Positions 41,492 through 51,869 are shown, numbered from the stretch's first letter. The stretch is DNA of 64,000 nt from an uncultured Pelagibacteraceae bacterium (GCA_902628965.1 CACOPB010000001.1:206491-270490); one strand, 5' to 3'. Notes: generated by a model not told the origin, from the letters alone. Translations and numbers: made by a program.

Positions 41492-42807
41492 TTTTTTAAT
41501 TTTTGAATTATATTTAAAAATTCTGGAAAAGAAGTTCTTATTGAATCTTTATCATAAATTTTCCACTCACCTCCGAATGATAATGCAGCAATTACGCAAG
41601 TCATAAAAACTCTATGGTCTTTTAAATAATTTTTAATAGTAATTTTCTTTTTTAAATTTAATTTAGGATTGCCAAATATTTTAATAGAATTTTTAGTTGA
41701 AATTGTCTTAATACCCATTTGGTTTAAAATATATTCACCCCATTTTAATCTAGGACTTTCTTTCTGATTTAACTCATCTAAATTTTTAAAATATGAAACA
41801 CCATTTGCTTTTGCTGCAACTAAAAATATTACTAAAAATTCATCTATAGCTCCACTATTCAAACTAGGATGACAATTTATCGGTTTTATAATCTTAGGAC
41901 TCTTAATTTTTATATCAGCTATTTTTTCACCCTTATAAATTTTTTGATTATTAAAAGAAATTTTTATTCCCATTTTTTTTAAAATAGTAATTATGCCTAT
42001 TCTAGAAGGATTTACGTTTACATTTTTTATAACTAGAATTGAATTATTTAGTAAAGAAACAAGAACCAAGAAGAATGCGCTTGAACTAATATCAGATGGA
42101 ATATTATAATTAAGTTTTTTTATTTTGTTAACTTTACTTACTTTAATTTCGTCGTAATTTTTTTTAGTTTCTATTGAAATAGGTAAATTAAGATATTTAC
42201 ATAATAATTCTGTGTGATTCCTTGATTTTTTAGCTTTAATAATAGAGGTTCCATCAGTTTTCATCCCTCCAAAGATGACTGAACTTTTACATTGTGCTGA
42301 TCCTTTCTCTTCTTTAAAATTTACTGGCTTCAATACTTTAGATCCAAAAATTGTGAGTGGTAAATTTTTATTCTTTTTAAGTTTAAATTTTACACCAAAT
42401 TTACTCAAAGGGTCTGTCACCCTTTTAAAATCTCTTTTTGATAAACTTTTATCACCAATTAATTTAATTGGGTAAGGTGTATCTATTAAAAAACCTAACA
42501 AAAGTCTTCCCAAAGTACCTGAGTTCATAGCGTTAATTGTAATTTTTTTTTTATATTGGTATCCATTCATACCTTTTCCATAAATTTTACATTCATTTTT
42601 CTTTAAACTGACTTTTATTCCAAATTTTCTTACTGCCTTGACAGCTGCCAAAACATCTTCTGACATTAATAAATTTTTTGCTTTAGAGACACCTTCGGAA
42701 AGAGAGGAGAATAAAACCCATCTTATGCTAATACTTTTATCACCGCTAACAGTAATTTTTTTATTAAAATTTTTAATTTTTTCTTTTAATACTATCAAGC
42801 CTGACAT
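41488..42807 (-). CDS. aroA: EPSP synthase
   Basis: GDKSIS, NSGT, SAQ.KS, DISS, DE, KES.R, DHR. Confidence 0.94.
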   Translation of the reverse strand: MSGLIVLKEKIKNFNKKITVSGDKSISIRWVLFSSLSEGVSKAKNLLMSEDVLAAVKAVRKFGIKVSLKKNECKIYGKGMNGYQYKKKITINAMNSGTLGRLLLGFLIDTPYPIKLIGDKSLSKRDFKRVTDPLSKFGVKFKLKKNKNLPLTIFGSKVLKPVNFKEEKGSAQCKSSVIFGGMKTDGTSIIKAKKSRNHTELLCKYLNLPISIETKKNYDEIKVSKVNKIKKLNYNIPSDISSSAFFLVLVSLLNNSILVIKNVNVNPSRIGIITILKKMGIKISFNNQKIYKGEKIADIKIKSPKIIKPINCHPSLNSGAIDEFLVIFLVAAKANGVSYFKNLDELNQKESPRLKWGEYILNQMGIKTISTKNSIKIFGNPKLNLKKKITIKNYLKDHRVFMTCVIAALSFGGEWKIYDKDSIRTSFPEFLNIIQKLKK

Positions 42808-42813
42808 TGAAAA

Positions 42814-43590
42814 TTAGTTAAACTTAAAATTCTCACCAAAGTAAGCATTTTTTGCATTAATATTATTTACTAGGTTTGAAGGTGAGTCTTGTGCAATTAT
42901 TTTACCATTATTTAAAATCATCGCAACATCTACACAAGCCAATAAATCTCTAGCCTGGTGATCACAAATACAAATGGTAATATTATTCTCATTTTGTAAA
43001 TTTACTATTATTTCTTGCAACATTTTTATAGTTAAAACATCTAATGCTGCAAAACATTCATCTAATAAAAGAACTTTTGGTTCGCTAAGAAGTGATAAGG
43101 CAATAACTAATTTTTTTTTTTGTCCACCAGATAAAAATTTAGCCTTTATATCTTTCAAATTGTCCAGTTCAAACTTTGAAATTAAATAATTAATTCTTTC
43201 AATTCTGTAGTTTTTCTTTTCAATTACTATTTCACTAATTGCTTTTAAATTGTCATATAACGAAAGATCATTAAAGTATCCACCATATTGAGGAACGTAT
43301 CCAACATTAAATTTTTTTGTTCTTAAATAAATAGGATATTCTGTTGCATCATTACCATTAATTAAAATTTTTCCACTTCTAGGATTAACTAAGCCTGTAA
43401 TTAAGTTAAATATAGTAGATTTCCCGACTCCATTTGGTCCAAGCATTCCAAAAATTTGGCCTTCATTAATTTTAAAACTTATATTTTCTAAGATCATTCT
43501 TTCACCGTAAGCTAATGAAACATTCTGAAACTCAATAATTGAATTAACTTTTTTAAATGATTTAATTCGAAATTTTTTAATTATTCCCAT
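42814..43590 (-). CDS. lptB: LPS export ABC transporter ATPase
   Basis: GPNGVGKST, LSGGQ, LLLDE, DH, YFGENF end. Confidence 0.92.
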   Translation of the reverse strand: MGIIKKFRIKSFKKVNSIIEFQNVSLAYGERMILENISFKINEGQIFGMLGPNGVGKSTIFNLITGLVNPRSGKILINGNDATEYPIYLRTKKFNVGYVPQYGGYFNDLSLYDNLKAISEIVIEKKNYRIERINYLISKFELDNLKDIKAKFLSGGQKKKLVIALSLLSEPKVLLLDECFAALDVLTIKMLQEIIVNLQNENNITICICDHQARDLLACVDVAMILNNGKIIAQDSPSNLVNNINAKNAYFGENFKFN

Positions 43591-44164
43591 TTTTATTTTT
43601 TATATTCACTTTTTTTGTGTCTTCATACATAAATATTTTCGTATCTTTTGTCTCTAAATCAATTTCAATAACATCTGATTTTAGAATATTATTTTCATTA
43701 GTGTAAATTACCTTTTTTGAAATTACCATTGAATTTCTGTTTAAAGAAAAATCTAAATATTCTCCAGTAATTTTATTATTTAAATAATTTATAATCACAT
43801 TTTTTGTGAAAATTGTATCGTAGTTATTTGAATCATACTTACCATAATTAGATGAGATAGTAATATTTTTTGAGTTATTTAATTTTATTATAGCTCTAAC
43901 ATTATCAAGAAAAATTATGTCAGGATTTGAGTAATCTATTTCTCCTTTTGAGGCTTCAATTATATACTCATTTCCTTTTGCATCTTTTGAAACATATTTT
44001 ATATTATTTATTATATTTGAATTATATTGCTCCTCATTAACCTGAGTGTCCTGATTTATTTTTGTTTCCTGCACTTTAATTGAATTGTTTTTAAAAAACA
44101 GAATTAGAGAAGCAGAAATAAAAAATATTATTAAAAAAAAAATTACAATCTTTTTTTTTGACAT
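43577..44164 (-). CDS. lptC: LPS export protein LptC-like
   Basis: N-terminal TM anchor and beta-rich periplasmic domain; between kdsD and lptB. Confidence 0.72.
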   Translation of the reverse strand: MSKKKIVIFFLIIFFISASLILFFKNNSIKVQETKINQDTQVNEEQYNSNIINNIKYVSKDAKGNEYIIEASKGEIDYSNPDIIFLDNVRAIIKLNNSKNITISSNYGKYDSNNYDTIFTKNVIINYLNNKITGEYLDFSLNRNSMVISKKVIYTNENNILKSDVIEIDLETKDTKIFMYEDTKKVNIKNKNGNN

Positions 44165-45133
44165 TTAAGAAATATTTGATTTCAAAATTGTATGAACATG
44201 AATCACACCTATAGTTTTTAATGGTTTTTTTTTATCATTAACAACTAAGGATGTAATTTTTTTACTATTCATTAAAGATAATGCTTTTGCTGCTAATTCA
44301 TTTTTATCAATTGAGTAAGGTTCTTTTGTCATGATTTTCTTTACTAATAGTGATTGAAAATTTAAATTTTTTTGACTAAATCTTCTAATTTGACCATCGG
44401 TAATTATACCTATCGTATTTCTATTTTTATTTGTAACTATTAGAATTCCTAATTTTTTGTCACTTAGTATCTTTAGTGCTTTACTCATTAAAATATTTTC
44501 ATTTACAAAAGGTATCTTCTTGCCAGTTATCATTAAATCTTCAACTGTTTTTAGTTGTGCTCCAAGGCTACCTGCAGGATGTAATTTTTTAAAATCTAGT
44601 TTATCAAATTTTTTATATTTCATCGCAGCTATTGCTAAAGCATCACCAAGAGCAAGTTGTACTGTTGTACTTGAGGTGGGGACTATCCCACCTGCTTCAG
44701 TTACTTCTGGAATTAGAAGCTTGATGTCTGATGCTTTGTATAAAATAGAATCTTTTTTAGAGACTATTCCTATTAATAGAATTTTATTTCTGTTAGCATA
44801 TTGAATTATATTTTTTAATTCAGAAGTTTTGCCAGAATTACTAATTAAAATTAGAATATCTTTTTTTGAAATCATACCAAGATCTCCATGCGATGCTTCA
44901 CTCGCAGCTAAAGTAAATGAGGGAGTGCCAACTGATGATAATGTTGCCGAGATTTTGGATGCTATAATTCCACTTTTACCCACACCACATAAAATTATTT
45001 TGGAGTTACATTTTGCTATTTGAGTTACCGCTTTATTAAATGAGCTGTTGATACTTTTTTTTAGTTTTTGAAGGGCTGAAATTTGTAAATTAATTACGTT
45101 TTTTGCTTCACTTATATATTTATTTTTTTTCAT
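44165..45133 (-). CDS. kdsD: Arabinose-5-phosphate isomerase (SIS + CBS)
   Basis: GVGKSG, HGDLG, SNSGKT, PTSST, HPAGSLG, CBS pair; start at ATG 45133 overlapping the rnd stop (TAATG). Confidence 0.94.
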   Translation of the reverse strand: MKKNKYISEAKNVINLQISALQKLKKSINSSFNKAVTQIAKCNSKIILCGVGKSGIIASKISATLSSVGTPSFTLAASEASHGDLGMISKKDILILISNSGKTSELKNIIQYANRNKILLIGIVSKKDSILYKASDIKLLIPEVTEAGGIVPTSSTTVQLALGDALAIAAMKYKKFDKLDFKKLHPAGSLGAQLKTVEDLMITGKKIPFVNENILMSKALKILSDKKLGILIVTNKNRNTIGIITDGQIRRFSQKNLNFQSLLVKKIMTKEPYSIDKNELAAKALSLMNSKKITSLVVNDKKKPLKTIGVIHVHTILKSNIS

Positions 45134-45744
45134 TAATGGGACCAAATATCATCCCTAAATAAAGCCAAGTCAAGGTCAACTCTAGTTTTTAAAAATTTTA
45201 AGCAATTTTTATAAAGTTTTATTCTATTTTCTCTCTCAAGTATTTTTTCAAGCTCCTCATGAATTTTATGAAGGTATATTACATCGTTTGCACAATATTT
45301 GAGTTGAGCAGGAGTAAGCTCTCCACCAAAGTCTGAATTTTGAAATTGTTTACTTATATCTATATTAATAAATTCTTTAATTAAGGTTTTTAAAGAGTGA
45401 TTATCAGAATAGGATCTTGCTAATTTTGATGCGATTTTTGTATCTAGAATATTTTTTGTCTCTGTTTTTAAATAATATTTGATATGAGCCATGTCTGCTC
45501 TGCCAAAATGAAAAATTTTTGTTATTTTTTCATCACTTAATAAATTTACTAGATTTGGTGCATTATAATTGTCTCTATCAAATTGAATTATATGAGCATC
45601 TGAATTTCCTGAAGATATCTGAATTAAACATAATGGATCGCGCCTAACATTTAAACCCATAAATTCTCCATCTACAGCTATTATATTGCCTAATTTCAAA
45701 TCATCTGGTAGATCATTTTTGTGTAATTGAATATTATTAGTCAT
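45133..45744 (-). CDS. rnd: Ribonuclease D (short DEDDy form)
   Basis: AVDGEFMGL...LCLIQI, FHFGRAD, DTKIASKL, Q..YCANDV. Confidence 0.9.
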   Translation of the reverse strand: MTNNIQLHKNDLPDDLKLGNIIAVDGEFMGLNVRRDPLCLIQISSGNSDAHIIQFDRDNYNAPNLVNLLSDEKITKIFHFGRADMAHIKYYLKTETKNILDTKIASKLARSYSDNHSLKTLIKEFINIDISKQFQNSDFGGELTPAQLKYCANDVIYLHKIHEELEKILERENRIKLYKNCLKFLKTRVDLDLALFRDDIWSH

Positions 45745-45760
45745 TTTAAATTATATATAT

Positions 45761-46747
45761 ATGAAAGCAAAAAATTGTCTAATTTTTGGTGGTAGTGGTC
45801 AAATTGGTAGAAACTTAATAAGAAAGCTTACTAAGAACAATTATAAAGTCACGGTAGTTACAAGAAATTTACATCAAAAAAGCTATATAATAAAAACCCA
45901 AGCAAACGCTGGCTATATGGATATAGTAGAAGCCAATATATTTGATGAAAAAAAAATAAGAGAGTTATTTAAAAAATCAGATATTTGTGTAAATTTAATT
46001 GGAATTTTATTTGAGAAGAAAAAAGGAAATTCTTTTAAAAACATTCACTCTATATTTCCCTCAATATTAGCGAAACTTTCTAAAGAATATAATCTAAAAC
46101 ATTTCATACATTTATCAGCTCTAGGCATAAATGAAGCTGAGGATTCAAATTATGCGACCAGTAAGCTTGAAGGTGAAAATAATATTTTTAAGAATTTTCC
46201 TTTAGCAACTGTTCTTAGACCATCTGTAGTCTATTCATCGGATGATAACTTTACTACAAACTTTATGACTTTGTTAAATAGACTTCCATTTTTTCCGCTT
46301 TACTACAACGGGAATACAAAATTTTCTCCAATCCACTGCTCTGATTTAACTGATATTATTTATGATGTAATTTCAAAAAATATTTATTCAAAAATAATTG
46401 AATGTGTGGGACCAGAAACAATTACTTTTAAGCAAATTATAGAAAAATTATTGAGATCGATTGGAAAAAAAAGAATTTTGATACCTTTTCCATTAAAAAT
46501 TGCTGAATTTTCTGCTAGATTTTTTGAAATAATGCCAAAACCCCTTCTTACGAGAGATCAACTAAGACTTTTAAAATATGACAATATTGCTTCAGGAAAA
46601 TACAAAACTAATTTTGAAATTGGAACACCAAGTTTAAAATATTTTGACGAAGAGGTTAAAAAATATTCCTACATGTGGAGAGAAGGAGGGCAATTCTCTA
46701 CAGAAAAATACTCATCAATAAATAAATTAGACAGTAAGTCTAATTAA
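45761..46747 (+). CDS. Complex I NDUFA9-like NAD(P)-binding SDR
   Basis: GGSGQIG, VNLIGIL, YATSK..GE, RPSVVY. Confidence 0.88.
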   Translation: MKAKNCLIFGGSGQIGRNLIRKLTKNNYKVTVVTRNLHQKSYIIKTQANAGYMDIVEANIFDEKKIRELFKKSDICVNLIGILFEKKKGNSFKNIHSIFPSILAKLSKEYNLKHFIHLSALGINEAEDSNYATSKLEGENNIFKNFPLATVLRPSVVYSSDDNFTTNFMTLLNRLPFFPLYYNGNTKFSPIHCSDLTDIIYDVISKNIYSKIIECVGPETITFKQIIEKLLRSIGKKRILIPFPLKIAEFSARFFEIMPKPLLTRDQLRLLKYDNIASGKYKTNFEIGTPSLKYFDEEVKKYSYMWREGGQFSTEKYSSINKLDSKSN

Positions 46748-46748
46748 G

Positions 46749-47246
46749 TTAAGCAGATTGTATTTTTTTTTCAATAAATTCTGGAACTTCTTCTTTTTCT
46801 ATAGCTTCATCCTTTTTACCTTTAGGTTGGTAAGCATATAATAGATGTAATTTACAATAAGAAAAATCTTTTAAAGAGGATCTTCCACAAAAATAGAATG
46901 ATTTTTCGTCAGGATGACCAATGGGCCATTTACAAGAGTTTTCATCAAGCTCCTCTAATTGCTTTGGATTTTCTGGTTCAAAGTTTTTCTCAATTATTAA
47001 AGATTTGAATTTACTTCTACGACCTCTCTTTGTTATTGGAGTGTTTTTTTCACTAATTGAATTATCGTAATCTTGATTTGACGTAGCTGTTCTAGTTTTT
47101 ATCTTAGCTGACAAGTTTAGACGATGAGCTTTACCTATAACTGCATTTCGACTAATACCTCCAATTATTTCAGCAATTTGGCTTGCAGTATTACCTTTAC
47201 CCCAAAGTTCTTTTAATTTTTCTACTTTTTCCTCAGTCCAACTCAT
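46749..47246 (-). CDS. gcrA: GcrA cell-cycle regulator
   Basis: MSWTEE.VE.LK.LW..G.TASQIA..IGGISRNAVIGKAHRL; CKWPIGHP...FYFCG...YC..H. Confidence 0.95.
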   Translation of the reverse strand: MSWTEEKVEKLKELWGKGNTASQIAEIIGGISRNAVIGKAHRLNLSAKIKTRTATSNQDYDNSISEKNTPITKRGRRSKFKSLIIEKNFEPENPKQLEELDENSCKWPIGHPDEKSFYFCGRSSLKDFSYCKLHLLYAYQPKGKKDEAIEKEEVPEFIEKKIQSA

Positions 47247-47415
47247 AATCAATATCTTGTATCTTATTTATTTAAAACAACAATATACTGATATAGAATT
47301 AAGTTAAACAATCAAAAAATGAGACTTATCAACAATAAATTTAATTAGTAAGTATGTATATATTTTCAATCCCAACTTGTATTAATAATTAAACTTTATA
47401 AAACAAATTAAATTT

Positions 47416-48594
47416 ATGAGTTATTTAGCAAAAAATTATAATAGAAAGAAAATTGCCTTCAAATATGGAAAGGGAAGTTTTCTATATTCAACTGACAACA
47501 AAAAATACTTAGATTTTGTCCAAGGTATAGCTGTAAATTCTTTGGGACACGCTCATCCTAAATTAGTAAAAACTATAAAAGATCAATCAAAAAAACTTTG
47601 GCATGTATCTAATGCATTTCAAATTCCTGAGGGAGAAAAATTAGCTAAGAATTTGTGTAAAAAAACATTTGCTGACTATGTAATGTTTCAAAATAGTGGT
47701 GCAGAGGCCACAGAAGCGGCAATAAAAGTAGCAAGAAAATATTTTTATTCTATTGGCAAAACTAATAAAAACAGAATTTTATGTATAAAAAATTCATTTC
47801 ATGGCAGAACTATTGCCGCAATTTATGCAAGTGGATCGAAAAAAATGACAGATGGTTTTGGACCGAAAGTACCTGGTTTTGATCATATTGAGTTTAGAGA
47901 TTCAAAACCTAGATTTCCAAACATAAGAAATAAAATAAAAAAGACTACAGCAGCAATAATGGTCGAGACTATACTCGGTGAGGGAGGTATAAAACCTATT
48001 CCTGACAAATGTCTTAAATATTTAAAAAAGATTTGTAATGAAAAAAAAATATTATTAATTTTAGATGAAGTTCAATGTGGCATAGGTCGGAGTGGAGACT
48101 TCTTTGCGTTTGAACAATCAAAGGTAAAGCCAGATATAGTTCCTATCGCCAAAGGTATTGGAGGAGGATTTCCAATAGGTGCAGTTCTTATGAATAAAAA
48201 AGTTGCCTCAGGAATGGTCCCAGGAAGTCACGGATCAACTTTTGGAGGAAATCCTTTAGCCATGTCTGTTGGAAATACAGTGATGGATATTATATCAAAT
48301 AAGAAATTTTTAAATAATGTAAAAAAGTTATCAAAATATTTTTTGCTTAAACTAAATAAAATTCAAAAAAAATACCCAAATGTAATCAAGCAAATAAGAG
48401 GAAGGGGTTTTCTGATTGGGATACAGTTATATAAAGATCAAACTGAATTTATAAAAAAATTGATAGATAATCAGTTATTGACTATTAGAGCAGCAGAAAA
48501 TGTTGTTCGTATTTTACCTCCATTAAATGTTAAAAAAAATGAAATAGATTTAGCAACTAAAATTATTGATAAAGTCTGTTCACAGATAAAATAA
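47416..48594 (+). CDS. argD: Acetylornithine aminotransferase
   Basis: NSGAEATE, FHGRT, DEVQCG, AKGIGGGFP, HGSTFGGNP. Confidence 0.94.
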   Translation: MSYLAKNYNRKKIAFKYGKGSFLYSTDNKKYLDFVQGIAVNSLGHAHPKLVKTIKDQSKKLWHVSNAFQIPEGEKLAKNLCKKTFADYVMFQNSGAEATEAAIKVARKYFYSIGKTNKNRILCIKNSFHGRTIAAIYASGSKKMTDGFGPKVPGFDHIEFRDSKPRFPNIRNKIKKTTAAIMVETILGEGGIKPIPDKCLKYLKKICNEKKILLILDEVQCGIGRSGDFFAFEQSKVKPDIVPIAKGIGGGFPIGAVLMNKKVASGMVPGSHGSTFGGNPLAMSVGNTVMDIISNKKFLNNVKKLSKYFLLKLNKIQKKYPNVIKQIRGRGFLIGIQLYKDQTEFIKKLIDNQLLTIRAAENVVRILPPLNVKKNEIDLATKIIDKVCSQIK

Positions 48595-48595
48595 T

Positions 48596-49522
48596 ATGAA
48601 AAATTTCATTAATTTAAAAGATATACCAGCAAAAGACCTTAGAAAGATTATTACTGATGCCAAGAAAAGAAAAAATTTAAGAAAAAAACTTAACATATTA
48701 GAGGTAGATAAGGGCGCACCTTTAAAAGGAAAATTATTAATTCAAATGTTTGAAAAATCTAGTTTACGGACTAGATTAAGCTTTTATTTAGCTATAAAAC
48801 AACTGGGTGGTGGTACTCTGACCTTAAGATCTAATGAACTTCATTTGGGTCAAGGTGGAGAAAGTGTTGCTGATACTGCTAAAATTCTTTCAACCTACGG
48901 TGATGGATTTATGCTTAGAACTGATAACGATAAAAAGGTTGAAAATTTTGCAAAATATTTATCAATACCTGTAATTAATGGTTTAAGTCCTTCATCTCAT
49001 CCTACTCAAGTTTTATCTGACGTTTTTACAGTTGAGGAAATAAAGGAGAAACCTATTTCAAAATTAAATATTTGCTGGATAGGTGACTCCAATAATGTTT
49101 TGAATAGTTTAATTGCAGCTTCAGTAAAATTTTCTTTCAAACTAAGTATTGGCTGTCCTAAAAAATTTGAACCAGGAAAAGAAGTTAGAGCATGGGTAAA
49201 AAAAAATAATAAAAAAATTTATATTTATAATGATGTCAAAAAAGCAGTGTCTGGTGCAGATGTAATTTTTTCAGATAAAGTTATTTCTTTAAATGATAAA
49301 GTTAATAAGAAAAAAAAAATAAAAGCATTCAAAAATTTTAAAATTAATAAAAAATTAATGAAATTATCTAATAATGCTATTTTCTTACATTGCTTACCTC
49401 GTGGTGATGAGGTAAGTGAAGATGTTTTTTTAGGTAAAAAATCTCATGTTTGGCAACAAGCACTTAACAGAGTTCACGTGCAAAAAAGTATTCTATTATA
49501 TTGTTTTAGAAAATTAAGGTAG
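48596..49522 (+). CDS. argF: Ornithine carbamoyltransferase
   Basis: FEKSSLRTRLSF, HPTQ, GD.NNV, HCLP; follows argD. Confidence 0.9.
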   Translation: MKNFINLKDIPAKDLRKIITDAKKRKNLRKKLNILEVDKGAPLKGKLLIQMFEKSSLRTRLSFYLAIKQLGGGTLTLRSNELHLGQGGESVADTAKILSTYGDGFMLRTDNDKKVENFAKYLSIPVINGLSPSSHPTQVLSDVFTVEEIKEKPISKLNICWIGDSNNVLNSLIAASVKFSFKLSIGCPKKFEPGKEVRAWVKKNNKKIYIYNDVKKAVSGADVIFSDKVISLNDKVNKKKKIKAFKNFKINKKLMKLSNNAIFLHCLPRGDEVSEDVFLGKKSHVWQQALNRVHVQKSILLYCFRKLR

Positions 49523-50053
49523 TGTCAAAGGGCTATCTGAATTTTCATTTAGATATTTTATTACAGAAGCTCTATCTTTTTCTTTCCTAAGACCTGCATA
49601 AGCCATTTTTGTTCCCTTAATCCATTTAGCAGGTTTAATTAAAAACCCATTTAATTCCTCAAAGGTCCAATTTTTATCATATGCTACTAACGCTTTCGAA
49701 TATTTATAATCTTCAATTACTCCAACCTTTCTTCCCACAACATTATATAACGCAGGACCTATAGCATTCTTTCCACCTTTAACAATTGAATGACAAGCTG
49801 CGCATTTTTTAAAAACTTTTTCACCATGCGCAACATCTCCCATTGCCATTAAAGCTGCTATATCAATTATATCTTTTTCTTTAGTCGTACCAGATGTAGA
49901 TGTGGTAGTAACGGTTTCCACCTCAACTGAATAACCAGGTGTCTCAGGTTTTTCCACATGAAATATAACATCGGATAATTTTCCTATACCTATTACAAGT
50001 AAGGCAACCATTAGAACTGCAGCAACTATTTTGTTTATTTCAAATGAATCCAT
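49514..50053 (-). CDS. cycM: Membrane-anchored class I cytochrome c (CycM/c2-like)
   Basis: N-terminal TM, CAACH, GPAL, GTKMAYAG. Confidence 0.9.
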   Translation of the reverse strand: MDSFEINKIVAAVLMVALLVIGIGKLSDVIFHVEKPETPGYSVEVETVTTTSTSGTTKEKDIIDIAALMAMGDVAHGEKVFKKCAACHSIVKGGKNAIGPALYNVVGRKVGVIEDYKYSKALVAYDKNWTFEELNGFLIKPAKWIKGTKMAYAGLRKEKDRASVIKYLNENSDSPLTLP

Positions 50054-50164
50054 TTTTTTAAATTATTTAAGGAACGTATAACATGATAAAACAAAAAATA
50101 GCTAAAATTTAGTGTATAAATTTGCCTCTATAGTTATTTAATGAGTATAATAATTTAAAATATA

Positions 50165-50896
50165 ATGAAAACTTTAATAATTATACCTTCTAGAATGTCC
50201 GCAACTAGGCTGCCAGGTAAACCTTTGTTAAAAATAAATGGTTTATCAATTATCTCACACGTGTCTAAAAAAGCGGAAAATGCTAACATTGGAGATGTGA
50301 TTGTAGCTACAGAAGATCAAGAAATTATTGACGATGTTAACAGAAATGGTTTCAATGCTATTTTAACTAGCAATAAACACAAGACAGGAACTGATAGAAT
50401 TCATGAGGCACTTAAAAAATCAAATATCAGAGATGTTGATTTCATCATGAATTTACAAGGTGATGAACCAGCAATTGAAGTTCAAGATATAGTAAGCTTG
50501 AATGATAAAATGTTACAAAATTCAGCTGATATAGGAACCCTTGCTGCAACAATAAAAGATAATAAATACTTAAGAAATGAAAATATTGTAAAGGTTATTA
50601 CTGAAAATACTCTGGGGGATAACAATTTTCCAAAGGGTATATCTTTTTTGAGAAAATCTGAGCAGATAGATAATCTTTATCATCATATTGGAGTTTATTG
50701 TTATTCAAAAGATACACTCGAAAAATTTGTTCAACTAAGACAATCCAAAAATGAAATAGAAAATCGGTTAGAGCAATTAAGAGCATTAGATAATAATATT
50801 GATATCAATGTTTCACTTGCAAAATCATCTTCAATAGGAATAGATACAGAGGAAGATTACCTAGCCTTGAAAAAAATAATGGAATATAAGAATTGA
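50165..50896 (+). CDS. kdsB: 3-deoxy-manno-octulosonate cytidylyltransferase
   Basis: IPSRMSATRLPGKPL, GTDR, NLQGDEP, LEQLRAL, IDT. Confidence 0.96.
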   Translation: MKTLIIIPSRMSATRLPGKPLLKINGLSIISHVSKKAENANIGDVIVATEDQEIIDDVNRNGFNAILTSNKHKTGTDRIHEALKKSNIRDVDFIMNLQGDEPAIEVQDIVSLNDKMLQNSADIGTLAATIKDNKYLRNENIVKVITENTLGDNNFPKGISFLRKSEQIDNLYHHIGVYCYSKDTLEKFVQLRQSKNEIENRLEQLRALDNNIDINVSLAKSSSIGIDTEEDYLALKKIMEYKN

Positions 50897-51729
50897 TGAG
50901 TAAAATTTATTTTCAAGGAACGTTTGGTGCATATTCTCATTTAGCAGCTCTTTCAATTTATCCTCAAGCAGAAATCTTGCCTTGTAAAACTTTTGATGAT
51001 TGTTTTAACAAAGCATCTGAAGAGCCAGATAGCAGAATTATAATTCCAGAGTCAAATAGAATTACTGGTAACATTGGAATTGAATATTTAATATTTAAAC
51101 ATAGGCTAAATATTTATAAAGAGCATTTTCAAAAAATTGAGCATAATTTATTAGGACAGCCTGGAGCAAAATTAAAAGATATTAAAGAGGTGTATTCTCA
51201 TGCTCAAGGATTATCTCAATGTTCAAAGTTTATAAAAGAAAATAATTTAGCAGAACATATTAGAGCAGATACTGCAGGATCTGCTGAAATGATTTCTAAA
51301 ATGAAAGATGTTAAGCAATCAGCTATAGCATCTTCATTAAGTGCTAAAATTTATGGCTTAGAAGTAATTAAAAAAAATATAGAGAACGAAAGTGGAAATT
51401 TGACAAGATTTTTGGTTATGGGAAAAAATATTTCTCAACCAGAATTTAAAAATAAAACTTACATAACCTCTTTTTTATTTAAATTGAAAAGCAAACCAGC
51501 TGCCCTCTATCAATCACTAGGAGGTTTTGCTATTAATGGTGTAAATTTAACTAAACTACAAAGTTATCCAGAAAAAAATAGTTTCGATTCTTATTTTTTC
51601 TTATGTGATTTGGATGGACACATCGAAGATCCAAAAGTTCAGAAATCTCTTGAAGAGCTAGGTCTACATTGTGAGGATTTTCACGTTTTAGGTGTTTTCG
51701 AAGCAGATAACTTGAGACAAAAAAAATAA
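50893..51729 (+). CDS. pheA: Prephenate dehydratase
   Basis: QG..GAYS, SHAQGLSQC, TRF, ACT domain with NLTKLQSYP. Confidence 0.93.
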   Translation: MMSKIYFQGTFGAYSHLAALSIYPQAEILPCKTFDDCFNKASEEPDSRIIIPESNRITGNIGIEYLIFKHRLNIYKEHFQKIEHNLLGQPGAKLKDIKEVYSHAQGLSQCSKFIKENNLAEHIRADTAGSAEMISKMKDVKQSAIASSLSAKIYGLEVIKKNIENESGNLTRFLVMGKNISQPEFKNKTYITSFLFKLKSKPAALYQSLGGFAINGVNLTKLQSYPEKNSFDSYFFLCDLDGHIEDPKVQKSLEELGLHCEDFHVLGVFEADNLRQKK

Positions 51730-51739
51730 GAATCTTTTC

Positions 51740-51769
51740 TTGTAGATTAGAAATTTTAACTGCTATAAT
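51740..51769 (+). promoter_or_regulatory. Sigma70-type promoter for ffs(-dnaX)
   Basis: TTGTAG-N18-TATAAT; the -10 element ends 6 nt before the SRP RNA 5' end. Confidence 0.6.
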
Positions 51770-51775
51770 AGTTTC

Positions 51776-51859
51776 GGAGGCTAGAGGTGGATGCTGCTTG
51801 AACCCGACCAGATCTTAACGGAAGCAGTCGTAGAGACAGTTATTCAGGTTCTAGTCTCC
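51776..51859 (+). ncRNA. ffs: SRP RNA (4.5S)
   Basis: Terminal helix GGAGGCTAGA/TCTAGTCTCC; domain IV GAC-CAGA-TCT-TAAC-GGA-AGCA-GTC; directly upstream of dnaX. Confidence 0.92.
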
Positions 51860-51869
51860 TTATAGATAT

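Noticed and set aside
47326-47334. TTATCAACA, a one-mismatch DnaA box upstream of gcrA
   Set aside because: The same 9-mer occurs at 225-233 and 575-583, so it is expected by chance at this AT content. It needs conservation or ChIP data.
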